A stretch of 64,000 nt of DNA from an uncultured Pseudobdellovibrionaceae bacterium (GTDB lineage Bacteria > Bdellovibrionota > Bdellovibrionia > Bdellovibrionales > UBA1609). Of the stretch, positions 30,376 to 41,100 are shown piece by piece. Below the pieces are notes generated by a model that was not told where the DNA came from, searched no databases, and saw nothing but the letters and a program-made list of their open reading frames with translations. The first letter of the stretch is position 1; the number at the start of each line of letters is the position of its first letter. A program made the translations under genes and the position numbers. The stretch covers positions 384,001 through 448,000 of the forward strand of contig CAWDNU010000004.1 in NCBI GenBank assembly GCA_963803705.1, given 5' to 3'.

Positions 30376-30570
30376 GTGAAGTATTTGCATAAATTATACC
30401 ACCCCAACTTGGCCATCACGGAACTACACCATGGTCTAACCACCATAGACCTGACGATATCCTGAAAATTTTTAACCAATTAAAATTTTAAAAAGTGACT
30501 TTCTTGAGCTTTATTGAATTTCCATCGTAAAAACCAGAACAAAGTGATGATTAATTAGGAAAGTAATTAA

Positions 30571-30587
30571 GTGGTCTAAATATTGCT
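30571..30587 (+). promoter_or_regulatory. Putative sigma54 promoter GTGGTCTAAATATTGCT
   Basis: GG-N10-GC upstream of GAGGA SD. Confidence 0.6.
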
Positions 30588-30612
30588 TATTATTAAAAGA
30601 TCGAGGATTTAT

Positions 30613-31800
30613 ATGAAATTTACTATTATTTTTATATTTTTAATGCTTATTAGCACTATCATTCAGGCTCAGAGAGAATCTTGGAAAGACTATCAATGTA
30701 TGCTTCAAAAATTCGATTTAGTTATTAGTAAGACTGTAGGCGAATGCTCAGGTACTTTTTTAAATAATAATATTTTTTTAACAGCGGCGCATTGTATTGA
30801 TATACTATCTGCAGGCAATTCTGAGGACGTAAATTTTGAATATTTAGTGGACTGCCCAAACTTAAAAGATTTTGTAAGCGTTAAAAATATCGCTGTTCAC
30901 CCTAATTATTTTCTTAATGACGAAGACCTTGATGCATTTAACTCGACCGCGTTGAATACTAAATATTTAATTGATCCTCAATCATTCGCCAGCTTAGTTA
31001 AGTATAATGACATCGCTCTGCTTTATACTAGCCATACACCTTTTGATGATTATCCGTCATTGGAGACAACTTCTAATAATACTTATAAAAACTGTAGCTT
31101 CTTAGGTTTTTCCAGGGACTATTGCCACAGTCCAGGCGGCGAAGGATGTCTTCGTGAACAAAAATCTATTTCCCCTTCAGATTATGGCGATTCTTATATG
31201 GATATTATGTGTAACCTTTTAACGGGTGAAAATTGTTATTTGCGATCTCAAGAAAAATTACGCTTACCTGTGCATCTTCAAACTGAAAAACCAAAATTTA
31301 GCCATGGTGACTCAGGAAGTGGTTTAATATGTAAGGTAGGCAATAAAAATAAAATTGTTGGTTTAATTATTGGTCATGATCAAAAAACTGGTATTTTATC
31401 TTTAGCCCATAAAAACAGTTTTATTAGCGACTTTATTGGATTAAATGAGATTGAGTTTAAAACAAAATCGATGAATTTTTCTATCGAAAATCAGTATCGT
31501 AAAATCTTACAAAAAGCTCTTGATATCAAAAGGCAGTTATATCCAATCAGCAGAGTCTTTGTTGGAAACCAAGGAATTGGCATTTTAACTAAGTTAGAAA
31601 ATTGGATTTTGAAAAAAGGAAGTTTAATTAACTCAGGGCTTGAAAGAAAAAAAATAAAATTTATTAGCATCGTGGCGTCTGGGTCTGAAAACGCAAAGCA
31701 ATCTGAAAAGCCATTTATTCATAAACCCACTGGATCTTACGGAATACTATATATTTTCACAAAATCAGACATAGACGATATAGAAAACATATTATTTTAA
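30613..31800 (+). CDS. Secreted trypsin-like serine protease
   Basis: LTAAHC, NDIALL, GDSGSG catalytic triad; signal peptide. Confidence 0.92.
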   Translation: MKFTIIFIFLMLISTIIQAQRESWKDYQCMLQKFDLVISKTVGECSGTFLNNNIFLTAAHCIDILSAGNSEDVNFEYLVDCPNLKDFVSVKNIAVHPNYFLNDEDLDAFNSTALNTKYLIDPQSFASLVKYNDIALLYTSHTPFDDYPSLETTSNNTYKNCSFLGFSRDYCHSPGGEGCLREQKSISPSDYGDSYMDIMCNLLTGENCYLRSQEKLRLPVHLQTEKPKFSHGDSGSGLICKVGNKNKIVGLIIGHDQKTGILSLAHKNSFISDFIGLNEIEFKTKSMNFSIENQYRKILQKALDIKRQLYPISRVFVGNQGIGILTKLENWILKKGSLINSGLERKKIKFISIVASGSENAKQSEKPFIHKPTGSYGILYIFTKSDIDDIENILF

Positions 31801-31983
31801 TAATTTTCTTTAAAGTTATAAACTTACAAAGTTAAACTTTTTAGATGTGGTAGTTTAGACTTGTATTTAAATAACTTATTTTCCGAACCATCGAATTCAA
31901 TTCGTGTAGAAATCCACTCAATATTTTTCAAAAATTTCGACCACATTACCTGAAGTCATCTTAATTAAATCGTCTCTAGTATC

Positions 31984-32783
31984 CGGAATTTTTCAAGGAA
32001 GATGTCGCATTTAATTTTTATGACGCCTGCTGAGCAGCTGCCAAGTCTTGTACTTTCTTAGTTTGCCTTCCTGAATTTAGCTCCAGAATATTGGGACGAG
32101 ACCAATTTCTCGTATCCTTCGTCCAACGAATTGAATTTTGTCTTCGACCATTTTCGAAAACAGACTTTCGATTCTCCAAAATTTTTTATCTTTTTCAAAA
32201 TGCCAAGATGCAGGTGTAACCCAATTAATACCACTATATAGATGTTCGTTATTATACCAATTAACAAACTTTTCCGCCCATGCTCGTGGATCTTTTATAC
32301 CTGAAAAGCGATCTCCTTGCGGGTACAACGGACAATACTTTAGCGTCTTAAAAAGGGCTTCAGAGTATGGATTGTCTTCTGAAACTTTAGGACGGCTAAA
32401 AGATGGTGTAACTCCAAGTTTGTGAAGGGTTGCAAGCATTGTTGCACCCTTCATCGGTCCACCATTATCTGAATGAAGCGTAATTTAATTTCTGTGAGTA
32501 TTGTGCTTAATACGGGCTGCTTCGATCATCTCACTTGCTAGGCTGGCATTTTCTGTTGGGTGAATGTCCCAAGACAAAATTTGATTTGGACTCATAGCTA
32601 AGAATTCTTCTGGTTTCGCATACGGGCGCGGCTGTGACTTACTTCTGTGGGCAAGCATACTCTCCGAATTCAAAACCCGGTTGAAAGTGCTCTCACTGGC
32701 AACGTACTTACCTTGATCTGCAAGTCTAGGAACGATCTGGCATTTTGGTAAATTTGCAAACTCTGAACTGTTGGCAGTACTGT
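31984..32783 (-). pseudogene. IS3-family transposase remnant
   Basis: QIVPRLAD.G.Y.ASESTF, PNQILSWDI, LHSDNG, SRP.VS.DNPYSEALFKTLKY; internal deletion, stop, frameshift, 5' truncation. Confidence 0.9.
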
Positions 32784-32977
32784 AGAACTAGGGTTTTCCG
32801 CAAAAACAACAATTTTTGTCATAAATTTAAGATTTTTGTTTTTCTGACCAACCTACATTGAAACCCTCTTAATTTTGAAATGCGACCTCTAAGCTTCATA
32901 CTTTGAATCTGAACTCTAATATAAGGCTTCATTCTTGAGATTGGGTTTTAAGGAACAGATTTTGCAAAAATAAACAC

Positions 32978-33766
32978 ATGAAATTTATAGTTCTTTTTGC
33001 TGTCCTAATAAATTCAGCAATTTGCTTCTCGATGACCTGCGTTTCGTTATTAGCAAATAATGGTGGATACACATACCTAGATAAAGGGTATACAGGAGTT
33101 GTTTTCGTTAGAGAGGACAAGGCGTTTAAAGTACCATATAATCCTGATGCCGTTGATACTTATTTGAGAGACGGCTATCAAGTAGTTAGTCATGAATTTC
33201 AACTACTCTCAACACTGAACTCTATAATTATTAAGTCAGGAGTTGAAGGTATAAGACCTCTGAATTTTGTTAGAGCTTCAAAGCTTGAAGATCCTATTCT
33301 ATCTCGATTAGCCTAGCATAGAATTGAAACAGCTCTTGAAACTGAAACATGGGTGGATCGAATAGATTTAAATGGAGTATTGGTGAGTGAGCATATCAAA
33401 GGCCGGAACTATTATCATGATATTATCAACTCACCTTTAGTTTCAGATGATGAGAAGCGGCGATATGCTACTAGATTTCATGAAATACTCCTGGCTTTGG
33501 AGAAATACATATTAAGCAATCCAAGTGACTTTAGTTTTATTATGCGCGAAAAAATAGAAGATAGCGAGTCTGATGAATATGACTATTACAACTTTATTCA
33601 AACTGTTCTACCTAATTTTGAAGGTATTCCTAACAGTATGAATCTAAAGCTTTTGAATCCATTTGGAGAAAGTGGATTATTGAAAACATTTACTATAAGT
33701 GTTCATGCTAGCCCAAATGTAATTGTCGACGAAAATGATGAATTCGTGATTATTGACCCACACTAA
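32978..33766 (+). pseudogene. Secreted kinase-like protein interrupted by one in-frame TAG (33314-33316)
   Basis: ORFs 32978-33316 and 33353-33766 share a frame with no other stop; KGYTGVV, AFKVP, H..PNVIV...IIDP. Confidence 0.7.
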
Positions 33767-33799
33767 AATCACTTAGTTTTGATCAAAACTAAATGTAAG

Positions 33800-33833
33800 G
33801 AGGCTTGCGTTTCCGCAGGCTTTTGTTTTTTTT
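33800..33833 (+). terminator. Rho-independent terminator
   Basis: GAGGCTTGCG-TTTC-CGCAGGCTTT hairpin (with GU pairs) followed by T tract. Confidence 0.7.
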
Positions 33834-34195
33834 CGTATGATAGCTAGCTCTTATGAACACTTTACTCATCAACCCCTTTTTGCAATTTCTGAGCATTAAA
33901 TTAAATCCCTTTCAAAAGTTTTAGAGCCTGTGTTGTTGATCCAGTCCCAGACTTCTTTTTTAAGCTCGGGGTCTTCAGGTTTCGATTTTAAGCGAGGTTT
34001 TGTGACTGTTTTAATTTCTCCAGTTTTCATATTGGTTACTTTGCAAGGCCTTTGCTTTTCATAATGTTTTTCATAATGTTAAAAGGGCCCAAAATTGTCA
34101 GCGAATCTGTTGGGCGCCATTTTCAAGCAGCTTAAAACTGTTATGACCTATTTTGGCTAATCAAAAGTGGGTCCTAGATTTGCAGTTTTACAGGT

Positions 34196-34786
34196 ATGAA
34201 AAACTTAGAACCAAAAGTTATCAGTAAAGTGGGCGCAGTGTTAATGACTATTTTTGCCATGAACCTAATTGGGTGTGGCGGCGGCGGTGGTGGAAGTAAA
34301 GCAAGCACCAAAGCATGTCCAAGTAATCCATACTATGACTCTTATGAAGACGAGTGGTATAATTCCAGACACGATCTGACCTCTTGTAACCCTCTTCCGC
34401 AGACCTCAAGTGGCAGGTGTAGAAAAGGCGAAACTGCTGTTAGATCTCCGATTAGCTTTAACCTTGAATTTGAAATCAAAGTTTCAGCGGGTCTAAATGT
34501 TGGACCTAATTATCATCGAAATCCAGGTCAGTACGAAGAAGTTTGCGTGTTTGATAATAATGGACGCAGAGATGGAAGAGAGTGGGCCTATATAGATCAT
34601 AACAGCAACTACGACTATATTGATTTTGATAGAATTCAAAGAACTCGTCAAAGACCACCGGTTGTTCATCAGACACAAACAGTTTATAGAACTTCTGGAA
34701 TCATTGCCGAACAAAGACCAGTGACTACAACAGACGTGCTTGTTGGTGTCGGAATACTTGGTGTTCTAGCTGTTTTGTTATTGTAA
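34196..34786 (+). CDS. Hypothetical lipoprotein with C-terminal TM helix
   Basis: LIGC lipobox, poly-Gly linker, hydrophobic C-terminus. Confidence 0.7.
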   Translation: MKNLEPKVISKVGAVLMTIFAMNLIGCGGGGGGSKASTKACPSNPYYDSYEDEWYNSRHDLTSCNPLPQTSSGRCRKGETAVRSPISFNLEFEIKVSAGLNVGPNYHRNPGQYEEVCVFDNNGRRDGREWAYIDHNSNYDYIDFDRIQRTRQRPPVVHQTQTVYRTSGIIAEQRPVTTTDVLVGVGILGVLAVLLL

Positions 34787-34909
34787 TAATTTTTTTTAAA
34801 AATCTAGCATTGAACCTTTAAAGGCTCGCAATTTTTTTTTAACTGATGGGTGAATATTTTAATTTTAATTTTTAAATTTCAACTTTCAACTTTCAGTTTC
34901 CGCTTAGCA

Positions 34910-35545
34910 CTAAAGTCTAAAATGAAATCCACATACCACACCAAATTCTTCTAAAGTAGCTGGAGTATCTGAAACGTCTACGATTGAAGACGAGGTAAAA
35001 ATTTCTGGCCTTAAAATTAAGTTAGGTGAAATTTGGTAATCAAAACCAATATGAACACCCATATAAATTTGTGAAGAGGTCACATCTTGAATCACATCTG
35101 TTTCGCGTTTCGTTTTAGCAATTGCTAATCCAGTGCCCAAGCCAATAAACGGAGCCCAAGTTTGCACTGTTATAGCCGATCCTAATCCCCCAGTCGGTAT
35201 GATGGGCGGAGAATTATAAAAATAGCGCCTTAGAATTAAGCCAGAAAAACTGACCCCGGAACTGAAAGGTCCTAATCTAAAACCCCGTCTGTGACTAAAT
35301 GCCAAAGAATACTTTGTGGCTATAAATGTTTCAATGCTTACACCTAGCATGCCTGGGGTTTCGGCTCTTGATAAATCAAAAGTTTGAGTTTCAACTATCA
35401 CCTCTTTATCTATGCCCGATCCACCATATCCAATCATCCCGCCGTATATGAAATCGGGTTTAAACCTTAAAGCGTGGGCTTCATTGATTAATAGAAACTG
35501 AAATATCAGAAAAAAAATATAAAAGCGTTTACGACTAGGCTGCAA
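34910..35545 (-). CDS. Small outer-membrane beta-barrel protein
   Basis: Signal peptide (AHA), PFIGLGTG, C-terminal FHFRL; TTG start overlaps upstream stop. Confidence 0.75.
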   Translation of the reverse strand: MQPSRKRFYIFFLIFQFLLINEAHALRFKPDFIYGGMIGYGGSGIDKEVIVETQTFDLSRAETPGMLGVSIETFIATKYSLAFSHRRGFRLGPFSSGVSFSGLILRRYFYNSPPIIPTGGLGSAITVQTWAPFIGLGTGLAIAKTKRETDVIQDVTSSQIYMGVHIGFDYQISPNLILRPEIFTSSSIVDVSDTPATLEEFGVVCGFHFRL

Positions 35546-37322
35546 CTGACAATCCCTTAGCGTTATCATCTTTCTTTTTAATCGCGTCTTCCAATGAAAT
35601 AACATTAGTTAAGACTAGATTTTCAAGCCTATTATGTAAAGAATAAATTAAGCGCTCTTTTTCAACCACAGCCACCAAATCACTGCGAGATAGATCGTCC
35701 TCTAGAATTTGCTTAGCCCTAGGGGAGATTAAACCTAAAATTGTATCTGTCATATTTGGAACAATCCTTAAGTAAGCCATCAACTCTTCGTTAGTAGAAC
35801 GCTTGATTACCACCTCTTGAGACTCTTTTTTCCAATCAGCAAAAAAACCTATATGTGGATTTTTTTGCTTGAAAGTTTCAACTACGGGTCCTTCGACTTT
35901 CGGTAAAATTTTGCAAGCGTCAATGTAGGACATACTTTCAACAAGCTTATTTAGTGTCATTGACATTGATACCTCAGATTCGGCAACCTTTTCTTCGAAG
36001 TAAGGTGCAATTTGAGTTTCTATATCGTTCAACTTATCTTGACTGATGGAACTTAATTTTGCTGCTGTATTTAAGAGCTCAACTTTTTTATCATCAGCTA
36101 GTTTGGAAAAATAATTCTTTCTTAAAGACTCTGGCATATACAGCGATACGACGGTTTGAATATCGATATCGTTACCTAGCAGTACCTGATTTACAGTGCC
36201 AAGCGAGCTGCTACCTAAGAAAGAAAAAGGTCTGTGTAAAGTGTCAGTACCAAGATTTAGTGAAGCCACTAGATCCCAGTAAGTACGATTTGTTACATCT
36301 AATCTTTTTTCTAATGGCAACTCTGACATTTTAGAAAAAACATTACCCATTTCCTTTTTATGTTCCTTTGGAATAGGCAAGCTTCCTAAGACACTTCCAG
36401 AAATTTCTGCAAAACACGCTATTTGCATTAAACCTGTTTCGCCCTGCTCGCACCACTGTGCCACTAGCTGATCCAATTGCGTTACAAGTTTAGGCGATAG
36501 GTCTTTTATCTGATCAGATACGGCTTCAATTTTGGTGTCTAAAGCCAAGTCTATGGCAGCTAAGTTAGATTCTTTCGAAGGGCTTGAACCACCTAGACCT
36601 TCTGTTGCAGTCATCTCGGATTTACTTTCAATATTAACAGATGCGGCCTGGGCTTGATCTTTAGATTTGCCACCACTTAAAAGTCGCCACAGTACAACGC
36701 CCAACAGTATGGCCAGTGCCAAAATAAGCTGTCCCACCAAACCCTGCATCTGAATGATGCGGTCTAAGGTTGATGGATTAGTTGTTTCAGATTGGATAAA
36801 TTGCACTTGGCTTTTACCCAAAGCGCCAAACTCTTCTTTAACCCGCGCTTGCAACCACTCTTCAATATTACTTTTAATTTTATTGCCCATACGCTCTTGT
36901 AAGCCTACATTAACCATTACAGACTTAACTGCATACTTGGCTAAAGGACTTACGCTTGCAGCATCAACACTTTGGTAGCGATCAAACAAAGTGTCGGCGT
37001 CTAAATATCCCAAGTCTAAATCTGTGTACTGATCGTTTTGGCTTGATAGCTTTCGGTTTTTATCCTTGCTCTCATCCATAGTTTCTAATTCAAACCTTGC
37101 GCCTACATTAAAACGTTCAAAAGTGATCAATGCAGAAAGTTCTTGAGAATACCTGCGAACAATCATGTCTTCAAGCGCAGCTTTCACGCTAATCTCATCA
37201 GCTCTTTTTAGTGGTGAAACAGCGTTGACCGACTTGTTGCTACTTATTTTTTTTGTGTTTTGGGAAAAGCCATGACTTGAAAAAAAAATAATCAAAATTG
37301 GTGCTGCTAACTTTAATTTCAT
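35535..37322 (-). CDS. Membrane-anchored FliG-like protein (signal peptide, periplasmic domain, TM, FliG-M/C-like domains)
   Basis: TM LILALAILLGVVLW; C-terminal ISPRAKQILEDDL matches the FliG torque helix (MSQRAADILRDDL). Confidence 0.75.
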   Translation of the reverse strand: MKLKLAAPILIIFFSSHGFSQNTKKISSNKSVNAVSPLKRADEISVKAALEDMIVRRYSQELSALITFERFNVGARFELETMDESKDKNRKLSSQNDQYTDLDLGYLDADTLFDRYQSVDAASVSPLAKYAVKSVMVNVGLQERMGNKIKSNIEEWLQARVKEEFGALGKSQVQFIQSETTNPSTLDRIIQMQGLVGQLILALAILLGVVLWRLLSGGKSKDQAQAASVNIESKSEMTATEGLGGSSPSKESNLAAIDLALDTKIEAVSDQIKDLSPKLVTQLDQLVAQWCEQGETGLMQIACFAEISGSVLGSLPIPKEHKKEMGNVFSKMSELPLEKRLDVTNRTYWDLVASLNLGTDTLHRPFSFLGSSSLGTVNQVLLGNDIDIQTVVSLYMPESLRKNYFSKLADDKKVELLNTAAKLSSISQDKLNDIETQIAPYFEEKVAESEVSMSMTLNKLVESMSYIDACKILPKVEGPVVETFKQKNPHIGFFADWKKESQEVVIKRSTNEELMAYLRIVPNMTDTILGLISPRAKQILEDDLSRSDLVAVVEKERLIYSLHNRLENLVLTNVISLEDAIKKKDDNAKGLSVAA

Positions 37323-38033
37323 TTAGCATCCTTAGCTTTTGTATTAGTTTCGTCTTCTGGTTTATCTTTAATATTTGTGTTTATAGCTGGATTGTTTGCA
37401 GGCAATCGTGTTGGAATTCTTAGCGTGTCTCTTACTTTACCGGCCATATCAATAGCAGTTTTTAGTTCAGGATTAACGGCAAGGGCATTTTCGTACCATT
37501 TTAAACTTTCTTGAAACTCGCCTTTGGCATAATGAATGGCAGCCTTCATACTTAGCGCTCGATCAAACTTTGGAAAGACTTCTAAAAATCTTATCAATTT
37601 CTATCAGCGCGCGTTCAAGTTGCGAGGTGCGTGCAAATTGCTGGGATAAAAATAACTTTTGCAGTAAGTCTTGGGCTGTTTTCAACTCATCGGTGCTACT
37701 AGTTGTTGGATCTAATTTTAAAACCAGCTGAGTTCCTAAATTTCCACCAGCATTTATAGGCACCCATAAATCTTTAGTTTTAAAACCATCCTTACGAATA
37801 ATTATATTAACTAAACCACCTGGATAATTCTGACCTTTTAGATGCTCATCTAATTCTTTACTGGTTTTCAACAAAGGAGTTTGGCCTAGGTTTTTTTCAT
37901 CTTTAGTTTCTGGATTAACAACGAAGACTTCTGCCAGCTCGGGGTCAGTAACAACTTTAAAAGACGCTGTGCCGCAAGAAGTAGTACCTAAAAGCAACAA
38001 AACTAACTTAAAACCATATAAAAATCTATTCAT
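37319..38033 (-). CDS. PEGA-like/TPR lipoprotein with a +1 frameshift at A5 run 37584-37588
   Basis: TTSC lipobox, LGQTPL; removing one base joins EIDKI to LEVFPKFDR...WYENALAVNP (TPR). Confidence 0.75.
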
Positions 38034-38058
38034 AGAAAACCCTTCTTTCTCCTATATT

Positions 38059-38086
38059 TTATCGAGTTTTTAGGCCTTTTGCTTGA
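38059..38086 (-). promoter_or_regulatory. sigma28-like promoter TCAA-N16-CTCGATAA
   Basis: Motif shared by five units of this locus. Confidence 0.55.
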
Positions 38087-38162
38087 TACATAAAACAGGT
38101 ATTCTATACCTAAGGCAGGTCTGGAAATTTAAGATAAAATTGTTGCACCAGAATCGAAAGTT

Positions 38163-41100
38163 TTACAGACCAACGTCGACACGAATAGACGACTGCTTAA
38201 GAGTTAGATTTCCTGCACTTGGACTAACTTTGGTAACAAAGTTTTGGTTTACCGGAAAACCTGTTAACTCTGGACTTACATAGAGAGTTATATTGTCTGA
38301 ATTTACAGAACGCTCTGATAATCCAAGGTCTATTAGATTCATACTTCCGCTATTTTGATTGTGATATTGTAAACTTACCAGTCCATCAGAAAATCCGTTG
38401 TCTTCAACCAAAGCCTGAAAATAAAACTTAGGGGCTAAAAATTGGTTAGAATCAATCTGAACTTTTTCATCGAAGTAGGTTGTATCAGAAGACGTAAAAT
38501 CTTTTTGGTTAGTGATTCTGTAAGCAACACTGGCTTTAGACAAATTAGTAAGTTTTACCCACAGCCCTGCTTTATGCACTTTAACCTGTCCAGATGAGCA
38601 ATAAAATTCACACCTCATCACAAGTCGGTACCTTTGGCCATTATTTGCCGAATCAAAGTGCTGCACTCCCTCGTTAAATGGAACCTCGGCTAGCCGTAAA
38701 CTAGTGTCAGTAAAGCGAGTCTCTGTGAATGGAACAATCTGAGAATTTCCAACATTTTGAAGAGCTATTTGACCCTCTGCTCCGCCGTCAGTTGAAACTA
38801 CTGCTTCTAAAGTCCATCCATTGAAATTAGAAATTTTAGAAAGTAGATTTGAATTTTTGATCCACCTGCTTGAGCTGGAATAGTCATTATATATATTTTG
38901 ATTAGTTGATGATGCATAAATGTCAGAGTCCGTATTCGAAGGTGAAACCAAGGATGAAATAAGTGGGTAGTATATTTTTGTTTTTGTAGCGTTAGTTTGG
39001 TTCACTAAAAGCTTTGCGGTTAAAACGCTTAGTTCGCCATCACTTGTTGTTTGCTCTAACTGAACTCTGTAAATGTCTTTTCCTGTAAAACCACTTATAG
39101 TTGATTTAAATCTTGTAAAGTCCAAGGTGTTTGCTGGAACGTTTATAGAGTCAACCACTGCATCCGAGCTGTCCACAATCACAACTGCGCGAGAAACACT
39201 GTCAGCATTTTGAGCAATAACCTCGATCTGGTAGCTTGTAATGCCATCGTAATCACTGACATTGAACGTTGTCTGACTTCTTTCAAAAGCTAGATCTGTA
39301 ATGCTACTTGAAGACATCGGAGTGTCAGTCAACTCTATCGGGACCTGAAGTTTAAGTGAGCCGTCTCGAAGAATGGAGACTACATTTGACGACAAAGTTT
39401 TTCTTCCGTCAGCATAGACACCTTCAACCCTGTAGTGGTAAGTCGTGTCAGAAATCAGATCAGTGTCTTGGTAGCTAAGTATTGATGCAGTCCCAACCAC
39501 GCCGAATGGTCCCGTAATACTTTTTGATCTTAAAATATTATAACTAGCTACACCAGCTAAACTGTTCCAATTTAAATCAATTGAGTTAGAACCATTAACT
39601 GCAGTCAAACTTGCCGGGCCACTCACTAAGATAACGCCCACTTCATTAGAATTTGCAGACATAACCCCTGAAGAGTTAGTTGACCTAATAACATAGTAAT
39701 AACTTGCTCCGGAAGTTACGGTGGTATCGTTAAAATTTACATCGCCGGATGTCGGCAAAGCTATTTGTGCATAGGGTCCACCTTTCACTGTAGATCTAAG
39801 CAGCTGATAGTTTTTAATATTAGGAACTGCCGACCAGTGAAGGGTTAAACTACTATTTGAGTTGATTACTGCATAGAGTGCTCGCGGTACTTCAGGCACA
39901 ACGGACAAATTAATCGGGTCACTAATTTGCGACACGCTCATTTCGGTGCCGCTAGCATTGAAAGGCTGATATTTATAAAAATAAGTTAAGCTAGGATCTA
40001 CAACCAAGTCTGTGTGAGTTAAAGCAGTTAAATTAGTAGCAATTTTTTGAAAGGTGACCCCATTCGTCGACCTTAAAATATCATAAGTTGTAGCACCTAA
40101 AGTTGCATCCCAATTCACCCTAACTTCATTAGCAGAAAGAAATTGAGCCTTAGGTTTATCTGGCCTTAAAGAGGGTATGATCTTTACTTCATTTGAAGCA
40201 GGGCTTTCGTTAGATCCATTTAATGCAGTTACACGAAAAAAGTAAGTTGTACCATTCGTTAAACCAGTAATTCTAGTCCCACTTGAAGTATTAGAACTTT
40301 GAATTGGCGCTCCATATGATCCCGAAGTGGTGGACATATATACATTAAATGAGTTTCGATTTGATATCTCGCTCCAAGTTAAAACAATCTCTGTACCAGT
40401 GTTATTGTTCTCTGCATTTAAGTTAGATGGCGCTAAGGGTATAATTCCGGGACTAAAACCCAAACTTACAGGTGATTCTTTATCAAGCACACCAAAGTGA
40501 GCGATAACTTTATAGAAGTATATTTGTCCGTTAGTGGCTGCTAAATCTGTAAAATTGGTCATAGAATAATTTGTAGCTATTGTTGAAAAGTTGACTCCGT
40601 CAGTAGACCTTAACAGATCATAACTAATAGCTCCGCCGACGGCAGACCAAAACACTTGAACTTGATTATTGCCCACTGTTCCCGCTGGCTGCTGAGGTAA
40701 ACCAAAAGTGTATGCTGACACTACATCAGAATCAGAAAATGACATACCTATGATAGCCCGAACTTTAAAGAAATGTTCAGTCTGCGGGCTTAGTCCGAAA
40801 ACATTTCGGGTGGTGCTTAGCGAATTTGAAACTAAAGTAAAGGGTCCAGAAAAATTTAAAGCTTTAAAAACTTGATAACTAGTTGCACCACTGACACTTG
40901 GCCAGTTTATGACCGCCGAGGTGTTCCCCGTGACTGTCACTGATACATTTGAAGGCCTAGTTGAATCTGATCGTTGTCCAGTCACTACATTTGATTTTTT
41001 TCCTTCCGTTAAGTCTGAAAATCTAGCCCGAACCTTGTAGTAGTACCCGGTATTAGTGACAACCCCTGTATCAGAATAAGTTGAACTCACCGATGTGTCG

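Noticed and set aside
34877..34896. TTTCAAC short tandem repeat
   Set aside because: Fewer than three full units in an AT-rich convergent gap; probably chance.
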